Source of the DNA: a virus
Lineage: Duplodnaviria; Caudoviricetes
DNA length: 64,000 bases
Virus record (IMG/VR): IMGVR_UViG_3300020202_000072
Location: 1,591 to 65,590 of that record
Strand: one strand, 5' to 3'
Shown here one piece after another: positions 19,201-28,217 of this stretch (the stretch's first letter is position 1; every line of letters starts with the position of its first letter). The notes under the pieces were generated by a model. The model was given only the letters and a program-made list of their open reading frames with translations. It made no database searches and was not told the origin of the DNA. The translations under genes were made by a program, and so were the position numbers.

Positions 19201-20126
19201 TGCCGGCATACATCGAGAACCTCCTGGGAGACGGCGACTTCAAGTCGGGGCCGACGGGCGTCGACGGGGTCGGCCTCGCCGTCGTCTTCGACGCGGCCGA
19301 CCAGTCCGAGGCATACGACGTCGCCGACGAATACTACCCGGCCGTCGTTGGCGGCATCCCCCGCGGATCGATCGACGTCAAAGAGAAGGTCGTCGGACGG
19401 CTCTACCTGATAGAAGTGGACTACTCCTCCTCGGTCCGCGACCGGGCCGAGAACGCCAACGGCATCGAGCCGGGCGATAACCCCGGGGCCCAAGGAACGG
19501 GGGAGGGCGGGGGCAACCCGGCCGGCGACAAGACCGGCGACGAGGAGGTCACGCGGAAGTATAGCGTCAGTACCAAGGGCGGCACGCAGCACATCAAGCG
19601 TAGCTGGCACATCGTTTCCCGCCATGCCCCCAATGGCGCCGACCCCGCCACGATCCCGGCGAACGAGGGCAACTGGATCGGCTTCCACGACGGCGATTGT
19701 GACGGCACCGACATCATCGCGCCGAGCCCGGAGTTTACGATCTCGGTCACGCTGCCGCGTCTGACGCTCGGCTATTTCTTGCGCGTGATGGCCACGACTG
19801 GGAAGATCAACAACGCCCCGATCTGGGGGCTCGGCACCGCCGAGGTTCTCTTCGCCGGCGCCGACTTCTCCAGCCGCGACGGCAAGAACAAGGGGTGGGA
19901 CTCAAACTTTTACTTTAAATACTCGCCCTCGGAACACGATGTTCCGATCACCGATGACTTTGTCGTCCCCTTCAAGGCCGGTTGGCACTGCCTCGATGTC
20001 TGGTACGAGAAGATCATCGACCCCGGCCCGAACAAGCTGGCGTCGCGGCCTTTCGCGGCCTACGTGCACCAGGTGTACAAGTATGCCCAGTTTGAAGACT
20101 TAAATCTCCGACCCCTCGACCAGTGA
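19200..20126 (+). CDS. Putative distal tail/baseplate protein
   Basis: Directly after the tape measure; GKIN.....G....EVLF.G, K.GW..L.V.Y. Confidence 0.55.
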   Translation: MPAYIENLLGDGDFKSGPTGVDGVGLAVVFDAADQSEAYDVADEYYPAVVGGIPRGSIDVKEKVVGRLYLIEVDYSSSVRDRAENANGIEPGDNPGAQGTGEGGGNPAGDKTGDEEVTRKYSVSTKGGTQHIKRSWHIVSRHAPNGADPATIPANEGNWIGFHDGDCDGTDIIAPSPEFTISVTLPRLTLGYFLRVMATTGKINNAPIWGLGTAEVLFAGADFSSRDGKNKGWDSNFYFKYSPSEHDVPITDDFVVPFKAGWHCLDVWYEKIIDPGPNKLASRPFAAYVHQVYKYAQFEDLNLRPLDQ

Positions 20127-20365
20127 GCATGATGCACCGACTTCCCCTGCGCCTGCGACGCTTCACCGCCGCCGACCTCGACCGCGACTTGTGCGACGTC
20201 CTGGGCGCGCGGGAAGGCGGGGTCGCGATCGAAGACAACAAACTCATTGTCAACGGGACTCACGAGATGAGGCTCGAGGACTTTGCCGCCAAGTGCGAGG
20301 CCGACCTCTCCCCCCCTATGGTCGCAGCACCGGGGCGTATCACCATCGCCGACCTCGGAATCTAA
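20123..20365 (+). CDS. Small hypothetical protein
   Basis: Overlaps both neighbouring genes. Confidence 0.45.
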   Translation: MSMMHRLPLRLRRFTAADLDRDLCDVLGAREGGVAIEDNKLIVNGTHEMRLEDFAAKCEADLSPPMVAAPGRITIADLGI

Positions 20366-22080
20366 TGCTAGCTAAGAATCCATTTCGAGGCGTGCAACCG
20401 GGAGATGGGCTTGGCTTCCCGGCACAGTTCTACAACGCGCTGCTCGAATCGCTGAAGCAGCAACTCTCGGGCACCCTCCGCCGCTCGCGCGAATCCTCGA
20501 CCGAGATCCTCGTTAAGAACACGAGCGCAACCCCCATCACGCAACAATTCGGTATCCTTGGCCTCGAAAACCCGTTCGCGACCCAGGCCCAGAACGCGGC
20601 CGAATTCGCCGACCGGCGGGCCATGAAGGGCATCGCCCCCGCGGCCGGCGAGCCCTTCGTCGTCGCGAAAGAGCCCCTGTCGATGGACGCTATCGGGGAG
20701 GCGACACTCCTCGGCCTGACCCCATGCCAGGTCAACCTCACCGACACCGCGCACCGCTACGCCGGCCCGTCAGTCTCGACGACAACGCTCACTTCCGCGA
20801 GCACCGGCCCGGCTCGCATCCTCTGGACCGCGAGCGGCTTCGCGACCACGGGCGTTCAGTGGGCCCTGGTGAACCTGCTTGGCGACGAGCCCCCCGACGA
20901 CGAGACCGCTTTTGTGCGGGTCACCTCGCTGAGCCCGGTCGGCACTCCGGGCGGCTCGGTGTACCCGGCCGTCCGCCTCCGGAATGAAGGTCGCCCGGCG
21001 AGTTCGTGGCCGATCGCGGCGGAGTGCTGGTATTACAACGTCCGCGGCGAGACCCCCGAGCTGGGCGTGCCCTACCTGTCCCGGCGGAACGCCGAGACGC
21101 ACCTCGACCTGGAGCAGTGGGACTCGGACAACTGCTGCGCGGGCGGCGGCGAGGACCCGCCCGACCCCGGCGTCTCGGCCTGTTGCCCGGACGAATCCCC
21201 ACTACCCGACTCGATGGCGGCGATCGCTTACGTCGTCGATTGGAACGGGGGGGACACGAGTTTGTGGTCGAGTTTCGACGTGATCGACTCGTTCGGGTTC
21301 ACGCTCTTCACGGGCGATGGCGGGGCCCGCTACCACGGCCAGGTGGCGATCGAAGGGACGATGGAGAACCAGACACTGGACGTCACCCTCCGCTGTAACT
21401 CGAGCGTCGGCGGGACGATCAGTTGGTACGGCAGGGCCTGCGACCCCGAGTTCACCAATAACACCAACAACTGGATTCTGCTGACCGGCCCCGTGGCGGT
21501 GGACATGGTGACGACGGGTAATCGGACGACCTGTGACCCTCTGTGCTTCCAGTTCTTTACGAATCTCGCTTATACCAGCACGTCGAATCCATTCACTGCC
21601 TACGCATCGTTGGACTACACAGTTATTATCGTCGCCGGGGCGGATTGCGCATCTGGCGGAGGCGGAGGTGGCGGGGGAGGGTGCTTCGGTCACGGTCTCG
21701 ACGCCGAGACGGGTGACGTGCTCCAAGTTCCCGAAGTGTTCAGTGGCGTGTTCGGCACTGTCAGCGGCACGAATACGAGTGACGGGCAAGAGGTGGACGT
21801 CCCGTTCCACCACATCGCGGGCTCGACTCTGTGGTACGTCAGTTCGACCTTCTCGCTCAACGGCCACGACGCCCAGATCGTCATCGGCTTCGGCTTCGGC
21901 CCGGTCGAACGTCAGCTCTACGTCACCTGGGAAGTGACGCCGGGCGGAGAGTGGACCAGCGCCCCGGGCTCTCTCTCCTACACCGGCGGCGTCTACACGA
22001 TCTCCATCGAGGGCATCGACACGGGCGACGGCGGCGTCCTCGACTTCAACTCGACCTTTGACACGGCGGACTGCGAGTAA
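20365..22080 (+). CDS. Tail tip/fibre protein with Cys-Cys motifs and glycine linkers
   Basis: Start at ATG 20365 (TAATG coupling); DNCCAGGG, SACCPD and GGGGGGGGC linkers; beta-rich C-terminal part. Confidence 0.6.
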   Translation: MLAKNPFRGVQPGDGLGFPAQFYNALLESLKQQLSGTLRRSRESSTEILVKNTSATPITQQFGILGLENPFATQAQNAAEFADRRAMKGIAPAAGEPFVVAKEPLSMDAIGEATLLGLTPCQVNLTDTAHRYAGPSVSTTTLTSASTGPARILWTASGFATTGVQWALVNLLGDEPPDDETAFVRVTSLSPVGTPGGSVYPAVRLRNEGRPASSWPIAAECWYYNVRGETPELGVPYLSRRNAETHLDLEQWDSDNCCAGGGEDPPDPGVSACCPDESPLPDSMAAIAYVVDWNGGDTSLWSSFDVIDSFGFTLFTGDGGARYHGQVAIEGTMENQTLDVTLRCNSSVGGTISWYGRACDPEFTNNTNNWILLTGPVAVDMVTTGNRTTCDPLCFQFFTNLAYTSTSNPFTAYASLDYTVIIVAGADCASGGGGGGGGGCFGHGLDAETGDVLQVPEVFSGVFGTVSGTNTSDGQEVDVPFHHIAGSTLWYVSSTFSLNGHDAQIVIGFGFGPVERQLYVTWEVTPGGEWTSAPGSLSYTGGVYTISIEGIDTGDGGVLDFNSTFDTADCE

Positions 22081-23111
22081 TGCCGCCCACGACTTGCAAG
22101 CGGGGCCACGAGCCCCTGCAGCCCGACACCTGCCCCCTGTGCCGCGGGTTGACCCCTTCCTCCCGGCGGCCGCGGCCGGTCGCCAACGGACCCTGCACTC
22201 ACCGCGGCCCAGAGACGGGCGGCAGCGAGGTCCTGCTCTCGTGCCAGAAGGACCCACCAGCCCGCGTCCCACTCTACCAGTGTGCGATTTACGGCACCTG
22301 CACGCTGGCCAAGGCTGCTCGCGACACGCGATGTTGCGCCCACTGTTCCGATCGGGAAGCCTTCCTGCCGGCGGACGACTCCCCCTTCACGGCCCGGCTC
22401 GGCGACCCGGCCGTCGGCGTCGTGATCGGCTCGTACAAGTTCCCCGGCCTGGTCGAGCTGCAGCTCCGGGCGATCCGCCACTGGTGCGGCCCGGTGCCCG
22501 TGCTCGTCAGCGACGACTGTTCGCCGCACGCCGGAGAGCTCGCCCGCGTCTGCGAGCGCGAGGGGGCGGAGTTCAGCCCGAACCCCGAACGCCTCGGCCA
22601 CACGGGCGGCGACCTGGCGGCCTTCTGGAAGGGGATCCGCTGGGCCCGCTCGAAGAAACTGCAGGTCCTGTGCAAGCTGTCCCAGCGCTTCATCGGGACC
22701 TCGCACCGCTGGCTGCACGACGGCGCCCGCGAACTAATCGAGTCTGCCTTACCGCTGTCAAGCAACCGCTGCCGGGGCCGGGAGAGCTGGCCGCTGCGGA
22801 CGGAGGCGGTGCTGCTCGACGCGGCCGCCTGGCACCGCGACGACGTGCTCGACTTCCTCGCCCCTCGCCAGCGCCCCAAGCCGGCCAACGCGGAGTTCGA
22901 CTTCGCACGGCTTCTGGACTCCAAACTCGGCGGGCTGTTCTGGCCCTGGAAGCTCTTCGGCGAGGACCGCTACGAGCGGCGGCCCGGCTACCTCTGGCAC
23001 TGCTCGCACCGGGTGGGCGACTACCGCAAGCTCGCGGCCCGCTTCGGCGTCGAGCTCGACGAGTCGTTCCACGTCGACGGCTGGCAGAACGACAGGAGCT
23101 ACGTCCATTGA
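22080..23111 (+). CDS. Cys-rich N-terminal domain fused to a GT-A-fold glycosyltransferase-like domain
   Basis: Many Cys in the N-terminus; then VGVVIGSY...L..IR.......VLVSDDCS...N..RLGH..GD. Confidence 0.6.
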   Translation: MPPTTCKRGHEPLQPDTCPLCRGLTPSSRRPRPVANGPCTHRGPETGGSEVLLSCQKDPPARVPLYQCAIYGTCTLAKAARDTRCCAHCSDREAFLPADDSPFTARLGDPAVGVVIGSYKFPGLVELQLRAIRHWCGPVPVLVSDDCSPHAGELARVCEREGAEFSPNPERLGHTGGDLAAFWKGIRWARSKKLQVLCKLSQRFIGTSHRWLHDGARELIESALPLSSNRCRGRESWPLRTEAVLLDAAAWHRDDVLDFLAPRQRPKPANAEFDFARLLDSKLGGLFWPWKLFGEDRYERRPGYLWHCSHRVGDYRKLAARFGVELDESFHVDGWQNDRSYVH

Positions 23112-23707
23112 TCCGCTTCTCGCTCATCCTCCCCACCGTCAGCCGGCCGACACTGGCCGCCGCGCTCCTGTCCCTGCGCGGCCAGGACTGGCGGCCGGGC
23201 GACGAGGTCCTCCTGGTGGGCGACGGCCCGCAAGAGACGGCACGCTTGTTCTGGGAACAGCTCGGCTTGCCCGGCCGATACCTGGAGACGCCGGCCAAGA
23301 TGGGCTCCTGGGGACACGGGATCCGCAACTGGGTGAACAAGCTTGGCCACGCGAAGGGGACGCACCTGCTGAACCTCGACGACGACGACGCCTACCGGCC
23401 CGGGGCGATCGCCGCCGTCCGAGAAGCCCTCACCGAGGATCCGCACCGGCCCCACCTGTTCCGGATGTTCACCGCCCACGACGGCCGCACGCTCTGGCGC
23501 GAGAGGTCGATCGAGCACGGCAACCTGGGGACGCCCTGCTTCGTCGTCCCGAATACACCAGGCCGGCTCGGCGAGTGGGCTCCGTATCACGGCGGCGACC
23601 TGGCCTTCCTGCGCGGCACACTCGACCATTACCCCCAGGGCCCGGTGTGGCGTGAGGAAGTAATCGCGGACGTCTGGCCGGCGGCGGTGCCGAGATCATC
23701 CGCTTAG
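23108..23707 (+). CDS. Glycosyltransferase family 2 protein
   Basis: FSLILPT..RPTL...L.SL..Q, EVLLVGDG, RN.....AKG.HLL.LDDDD (DxD); TTG start overlaps the upstream TGA. Confidence 0.85.
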   Translation: MIRFSLILPTVSRPTLAAALLSLRGQDWRPGDEVLLVGDGPQETARLFWEQLGLPGRYLETPAKMGSWGHGIRNWVNKLGHAKGTHLLNLDDDDAYRPGAIAAVREALTEDPHRPHLFRMFTAHDGRTLWRERSIEHGNLGTPCFVVPNTPGRLGEWAPYHGGDLAFLRGTLDHYPQGPVWREEVIADVWPAAVPRSSA

Positions 23708-23727
23708 GCCGGGTAAACGGGAAAGAC

Positions 23728-23741
23728 TTCCAATACTGGAA
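23728..23741. promoter_or_regulatory. Pseudo-palindromic site TTCCAATACTGGAA, copy 2
   Basis: Intergenic, upstream of the lysis-position block; matches 6707-6720. Confidence 0.55.
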
Positions 23742-23760
23742 CACTTCCCCCCATTCCCCT

Positions 23761-24039
23761 TTGACTCACTTCCTAACCGACCTCGCTTCACTCACCATGA
23801 GCCGAAGCGAGGTCGCTCTCATGTACGGTCCACCGCCAAATCGCCGACTCGACCCGTGCGATCGCGAGCCGCCGATGCCGTCCCCGAAATCCAAACCGAC
23901 GCCGCAGCCGGTTCGGCTGGATCGCTGGGATTTTGCCTGGGTCTTTGCAATCGCCCTTCTCGCCCTGGCCCTGATCTCGATCGGAGAGGGCCTCGCCCTC
24001 GACGACATAAGCCACCTGACGGCGAGGATCGCCCGATGA
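23761..24039 (+). CDS. Small membrane protein
   Basis: One hydrophobic segment; coupled to the next gene. Confidence 0.45.
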   Translation: MTHFLTDLASLTMSRSEVALMYGPPPNRRLDPCDREPPMPSPKSKPTPQPVRLDRWDFAWVFAIALLALALISIGEGLALDDISHLTARIAR

Positions 24040-24545
24040 CGGAAGGCAAGGATTACATCGGCTACAAGGTCTGCGGGTTCGTCCTCTCGATGGTCCCGCC
24101 GATCGCCGTCCTGGACACCGCCGACGTCCTGGACCGGATCCTACTTTCGCTCTGCGGCGGCCTCGGCGCCCTGCTCGCGATCCTGGGGGACCGGCCGAAG
24201 AACTGGCCCGACGTCGTCTACCGGATCGTCGGCGGCGTGATCTCCTGCTTCCTCTTCGGGCCGTGGATGGCCCGGCGGTTCGGGCTCGACGCCAACTTCG
24301 ACGGCCTGATCCTCGTGTTCGGCTGCGTCGGCGTCAGCTCCTGGTACGTGCTCGGAACGGTGACGAAGCTGATCGTCCAGTGGCAGGAGTCGGGCGGCCT
24401 GGCCAACGCGATCAAGAGCTGGTTCCGCCAGTGGGCCGGGCACCTGGCCCCGCCAGCGCCGCCCGCCGCGGCCGAACCGACCAAGGCCGTCGTGATTTCG
24501 CCCGCCCAGACCGTCGCCCTGAACGTGACCGAGGTCAAGACCTGA
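24036..24545 (+). CDS. Holin-like multi-pass membrane protein
   Basis: Three to four hydrophobic helices; position after the tail genes. Confidence 0.55.
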   Translation: MTEGKDYIGYKVCGFVLSMVPPIAVLDTADVLDRILLSLCGGLGALLAILGDRPKNWPDVVYRIVGGVISCFLFGPWMARRFGLDANFDGLILVFGCVGVSSWYVLGTVTKLIVQWQESGGLANAIKSWFRQWAGHLAPPAPPAAAEPTKAVVISPAQTVALNVTEVKT

Positions 24546-24772
24546 TGGCCGACGAGCAACTATCCCCGGGCTGGCACCTGTCGAACAACGGCCTGCAGGC
24601 CATCGTCGTCGTCTGCGGGATGGTCGTCTCCGTCGCCACGCTCTTCTGGCAGTCGCACAACCAGCACGCCGAGCGGCAGGCCCAGCAGGAGCGGCACCAG
24701 GTCGAACGGATCAAGCAGTTGCAGTCAATCGAGGACAAGCTCCCCCGCCGTGTGTTCCTGGGGAACCAATGA
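24545..24772 (+). CDS. Small membrane protein with coiled-coil tail
   Basis: One TM segment followed by a Q/E/R-rich helix; TGATG coupling. Confidence 0.5.
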   Translation: MADEQLSPGWHLSNNGLQAIVVVCGMVVSVATLFWQSHNQHAERQAQQERHQVERIKQLQSIEDKLPRRVFLGNQ

Positions 24773-25194
24773 GCCGAGCCGTCGGATCCTGGTCGGGGAC
24801 CTACACGCTTCGGGACCGCGACGTCCCGAACGAGCTGCTCTATTGCCCGGACCGGGCCTATCCGCTGACCTACACGGCCGCCGACGGGCGCCAGTACCGG
24901 ATGGACGAGCCGTTCTCGACCGACTTCGCGACGACCGGTCCCCTCGGCGTCCTGCCGTGGTTCAAGCCGATGGCCTGGAAGAAGGCCGCCGTGCTGCACG
25001 ACTGGCTCTGGGAGCTGCGGCGGACGGGCCGGCACCAGGCGAACTTCTTCGAGTCGAACCGGCTGCTGCAGGAGGCGATCGTCGCCCTCGGCCACGCACG
25101 CTGGGTCGCGTGGGTGTGCTGGTTCGGCTGCACCGTGTTCGGCTGGCTGTGGTGGTTGCGAGGCGAGCGATCGGCAGTGAGGGTCAAGGAATGA
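24769..25194 (+). CDS. DUF1353 family protein
   Basis: F.TDFA, AAVLHDWL, N.LL.EA...LG, VFGW. Confidence 0.8.
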   Translation: MSRAVGSWSGTYTLRDRDVPNELLYCPDRAYPLTYTAADGRQYRMDEPFSTDFATTGPLGVLPWFKPMAWKKAAVLHDWLWELRRTGRHQANFFESNRLLQEAIVALGHARWVAWVCWFGCTVFGWLWWLRGERSAVRVKE

Positions 25195-25535
25195 TCGCGT
25201 TCTTCGTCCGAGCCGCGAAAGCCGTCTCCGCCTTCACGTACAGGAAGGCGACCGGCCGCTCCGCGAAGTGGCCGAAGGTCCGCGACCGCTGGCTGGAAGA
25301 CAACCCCCACTGCGAGGTCTGCCGGACGACGAGCGACTGCGAGGTCCACCACATCGAGCCGTACCAGGTCAACCCGGAGCGCGAGCTCGACCCGACGAAC
25401 CTGATGACGCTGTGCCGCGAGCACCACTTCCTCTTTGGGCACTTGCTCAACTGGAAGAGCTGGAACGAGGACGTGCTCGAAGACGCGGTCGAGTGGCGGG
25501 ACAAGATCAGGATGCGGCCGCGGAAGCCGCTGTGA
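25191..25535 (+). CDS. HNH endonuclease
   Basis: CEVC.....EVHHI.P..........NL.TLC..HH...GH. Confidence 0.9.
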   Translation: MIAFFVRAAKAVSAFTYRKATGRSAKWPKVRDRWLEDNPHCEVCRTTSDCEVHHIEPYQVNPERELDPTNLMTLCREHHFLFGHLLNWKSWNEDVLEDAVEWRDKIRMRPRKPL

Positions 25536-25647
25536 ACGACGCGAGCGCGAAGTCCGGCAATCGCAAGGACCGCCGCCGGCAACAGGCCGAGTTCCGCCGC
25601 TTGAGGAAGAGGGCTCGGCGGCTGGCAAAGACGATGGGAGCGAAGGC

Positions 25648-26040
25648 GTGAAACTCTGCGAGCACGACTCCTTCCCGTTCTACCAGCGGTTGATCGGTCC
25701 GCTCAGGGACGTGGCAAGAAAGCTCGGCTACGCGTTGGGGGTTCACGGCACGCTGAAGCGGGACATCGACCTGATTGCTTGCCCGTGGTCAGAAGCGGCC
25801 GTCTCGGGGAAGACATTGGCGAAAGCGATCCAGCACAAGGCTCGCGAGATCGCTGGGTACGCAGAGCCGCACCCGCGAGAGACGAGGAAATGGTTTCGCG
25901 ACGGAGTGACTGGTTATGTCCCGAAATTCGGTCGCATCAGCAGCAAGCCACACGGCCGGCGGTGCTGGACGTTCCACCTGATACCGACCCACGACGGCCC
26001 TTACATCGATTTGTCGGTGATGCCGAGAAAGGCAACGTGA
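25648..26040 (+). CDS. Conserved phage hypothetical protein (nucleotidyltransferase-like motif)
   Basis: GYALGVHGTL.RDIDLIA.PW, KPHGR..W, YIDLSVMP. Confidence 0.6.
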   Translation: MKLCEHDSFPFYQRLIGPLRDVARKLGYALGVHGTLKRDIDLIACPWSEAAVSGKTLAKAIQHKAREIAGYAEPHPRETRKWFRDGVTGYVPKFGRISSKPHGRRCWTFHLIPTHDGPYIDLSVMPRKAT

Positions 26041-26378
26041 AGCGACTCTCTGACTTCGCCGTCCGCTGGATCGACACCCCCGACCGCAAGGGCTTGGGAG
26101 TCATCATCCGCTGCGTGACCGGCCACTGCCAGGGCTGGAACATTGTCCTCTTCGCCAACCCGCTCGATGGCGGACCGGCGGCGACGGAGACGACCTGGGA
26201 CGATCAGCGGCAACTCGTCGGTGTGGAGATCGGCACGCCTGAATGCCGGTCGCTCCGCGGCTGTGGTGCAACCCGATGGCAACGGGGCGGCGAGACGCTA
26301 GACACGCTCACCCTGCACCCGTCCGTCCACATGCACGAATGCGGGCACTACTGGGTCCAGGGCGGAGCGATCACCTGA
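26037..26378 (+). CDS. DUF6527-like Cys/His protein
   Basis: C...HC...W...G.....LTL.PSV....C.H.WV..G. Confidence 0.55.
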   Translation: MKRLSDFAVRWIDTPDRKGLGVIIRCVTGHCQGWNIVLFANPLDGGPAATETTWDDQRQLVGVEIGTPECRSLRGCGATRWQRGGETLDTLTLHPSVHMHECGHYWVQGGAIT

Positions 26379-26471
26379 TGGACCCCGACCTCTGGTTTAT
26401 CCCGCTGCTCCTCGCGATCTCCGCGGCAGGCGGCATCGGGTGGTTGCTCCAAAGACGACGAAGGAACTGAC

Positions 26472-26684
26472 ATGGCTCCGAACTCTCCGCGACTGACGAT
26501 GGTTGCCGTCCTGGCCGCCGCCTCCCTCAACGCCTTCGAGGGTGCCCGCGTCCGCCGCACTCCACAGGCTCACCGCGAGCGGCCCGGCGTCGCCACGGCC
26601 GACCCGTCCACCCGCGACAACATGGCCCAGCGACGCGAGCACCGGCAGGCCCGCCGGCTCCGCAAGCTGGCGAAGGGATCGTAA
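26472..26684 (+). CDS. Small basic hypothetical protein
   Basis: ORF in the operon after AGGA. Confidence 0.4.
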   Translation: MAPNSPRLTMVAVLAAASLNAFEGARVRRTPQAHRERPGVATADPSTRDNMAQRREHRQARRLRKLAKGS

Positions 26685-26688
26685 CCCG

Positions 26689-27393
26689 ATGCGTTCGACG
26701 CTCTCCCTACTTCTCGCGCTCGCTCTGTCGCTTCCGGCACTGGCTCAGGTCAAGGGCCCGGCCGAAGTTGTCGCGCCGATCGGCCGGCTCGTCTCGATCC
26801 CGCTGACGATCGACGCCGACGAGTCGGACTTCCAGATCTTCGGGGCCGATCTCGACGGGATGCGGGAATACGACCCCGACCCGAAGAAGCTCAAGCTCCG
26901 CGTGATCGGCTACTCGAACGGCGAGGGCTTCGTCGTCGTGTCGAGCCGGACCGGCAACAAGCTCAACCCTCTCTTCCTGTGCAAGGTGATCGTGGGCAAG
27001 GGCGGCCCGGCCCCGCAACCGCCTGTCCCGCCCGATCCCGGCCCAGGTCCTCAACCGAACCCGCCCCCGCCCGTGCCGGCCAGCGTGGTGAAGTTCCTCG
27101 TCGTCGTCGAGGAGACCGGCGAGGCCGTCGGCAAGCGGGGGCTCTGGTTCGCGGACAAGACGCTCGCCGCCCGGCTGAAAGAGAAGGGCGTCCGCTGGCG
27201 CTGCGTCGACAAGGACGTCAAGAACGCCGACGGGGTGACGCCGCCGGACATCGAGCGATTCGTGGACGCGGCCGCCGGCAAACCGCTGCCGCGCGTGTAC
27301 CTGGTCGACGAGAGGGGCCGCGAACTGTTCGCCGGCAACATGCCGAACGACACGGCCCGGCTGATGGAACTCCTGAGTAAGTACGGGGGCTGA
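26689..27393 (+). CDS. Secreted protein with proline-rich linker and thioredoxin-like C-terminal domain
   Basis: Signal peptide MRSTLSLLLALALSLPALA; PQPPVPPDPGPGPQPNPPPP linker; LP.VYLVD..G..L...MP. Confidence 0.65.
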   Translation: MRSTLSLLLALALSLPALAQVKGPAEVVAPIGRLVSIPLTIDADESDFQIFGADLDGMREYDPDPKKLKLRVIGYSNGEGFVVVSSRTGNKLNPLFLCKVIVGKGGPAPQPPVPPDPGPGPQPNPPPPVPASVVKFLVVVEETGEAVGKRGLWFADKTLAARLKEKGVRWRCVDKDVKNADGVTPPDIERFVDAAAGKPLPRVYLVDERGRELFAGNMPNDTARLMELLSKYGG

Positions 27394-27394
27394 C

Positions 27395-28213
27395 GTGCTC
27401 GACGTGATCACGCTACCGGACGGAACGACGCGGAAGCTCGGCAACAACCCGGGCCCGGTCCGCCTCGCCTGGTCGACCTTCGGCGAGACGGGGAACGTCA
27501 AGGTCATCCCGCGCTCGGAGTGGAAGGGCCTCGTCGACGCGATGGGCGGGCCCGGGCTCGACTCGCCGTTCCTGTCCCCGGTTCACGACCAGGACGGCAT
27601 CGGCATGTGCAACGCCTCCGCGACGGCCTCCGCAATGGAGAGTCAGCGGATGAAGCAGGGCCTTCCGCTGGTGATGCTGTCGGGAGGCGATCTTTACCAC
27701 CGGATCTGCGGCGGCGGCGACAACGGTTCGACACTCGAGGACGGCATCGCCGCGGCCATGCGGCAGGGCGTCGCGTCGGTGAAGGCCTGCCCGTACATGC
27801 AATGGGAGCGCGAGGCGAGCGGGGCCGCGGCGGACCGAAAGAACTACCGCGTCCTCGAAGCCTACCTCTGCCCGACGTTCGACCACTGCTTCTCGGCCGT
27901 GCTGCAGCAGTTCGACCTGATCTCCGGCATCTGGTGGTTTGATTCGTTCATGCGGACGGACGCGGACGGCTGGCTGCCGGCACCAGCGGGGAAGAAGGGC
28001 GGCCACGCCGTTCACGGGTACCGCGCGACGTACCGCGAGAAGACCCGCATCGAGTACGGCATCGCCCACAAGAACAGTTGGCAGACGCGGTTCGGCGTCA
28101 ACGGCTGCTGCGTATTCCCGGAGTCGTGCTACCAGTCCCGAGACATCGGCGGCTGGTGGGCGGTCCGTTCTGTTGTCGACGAGGGCGGAGTCATCCCGCC
28201 AGAAAGCAAGTGA
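27395..28213 (+). CDS. C1 (papain-like) cysteine peptidase
   Basis: DQ.G.GMC (oxyanion Gln, catalytic Cys), GGHAV (His), KNSW (Asn). Confidence 0.9.
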   Translation: MLDVITLPDGTTRKLGNNPGPVRLAWSTFGETGNVKVIPRSEWKGLVDAMGGPGLDSPFLSPVHDQDGIGMCNASATASAMESQRMKQGLPLVMLSGGDLYHRICGGGDNGSTLEDGIAAAMRQGVASVKACPYMQWEREASGAAADRKNYRVLEAYLCPTFDHCFSAVLQQFDLISGIWWFDSFMRTDADGWLPAPAGKKGGHAVHGYRATYREKTRIEYGIAHKNSWQTRFGVNGCCVFPESCYQSRDIGGWWAVRSVVDEGGVIPPESK

Positions 28214-28217
28214 TCCC

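Noticed and set aside
20365-22080. Diversity-generating retroelement target
   Set aside because: No reverse transcriptase and no TR/VR repeat pair noticed
22058-23107. N-terminal 350 aa of the 549-aa ORF
   Set aside because: R/P/A-rich alternative frame over the real 22080-23111 gene; the GT2 starts at 23108
25191-25535. Intron- or intein-associated homing endonuclease
   Set aside because: Free-standing short HNH, typical of cos phages, with no interrupted gene around it
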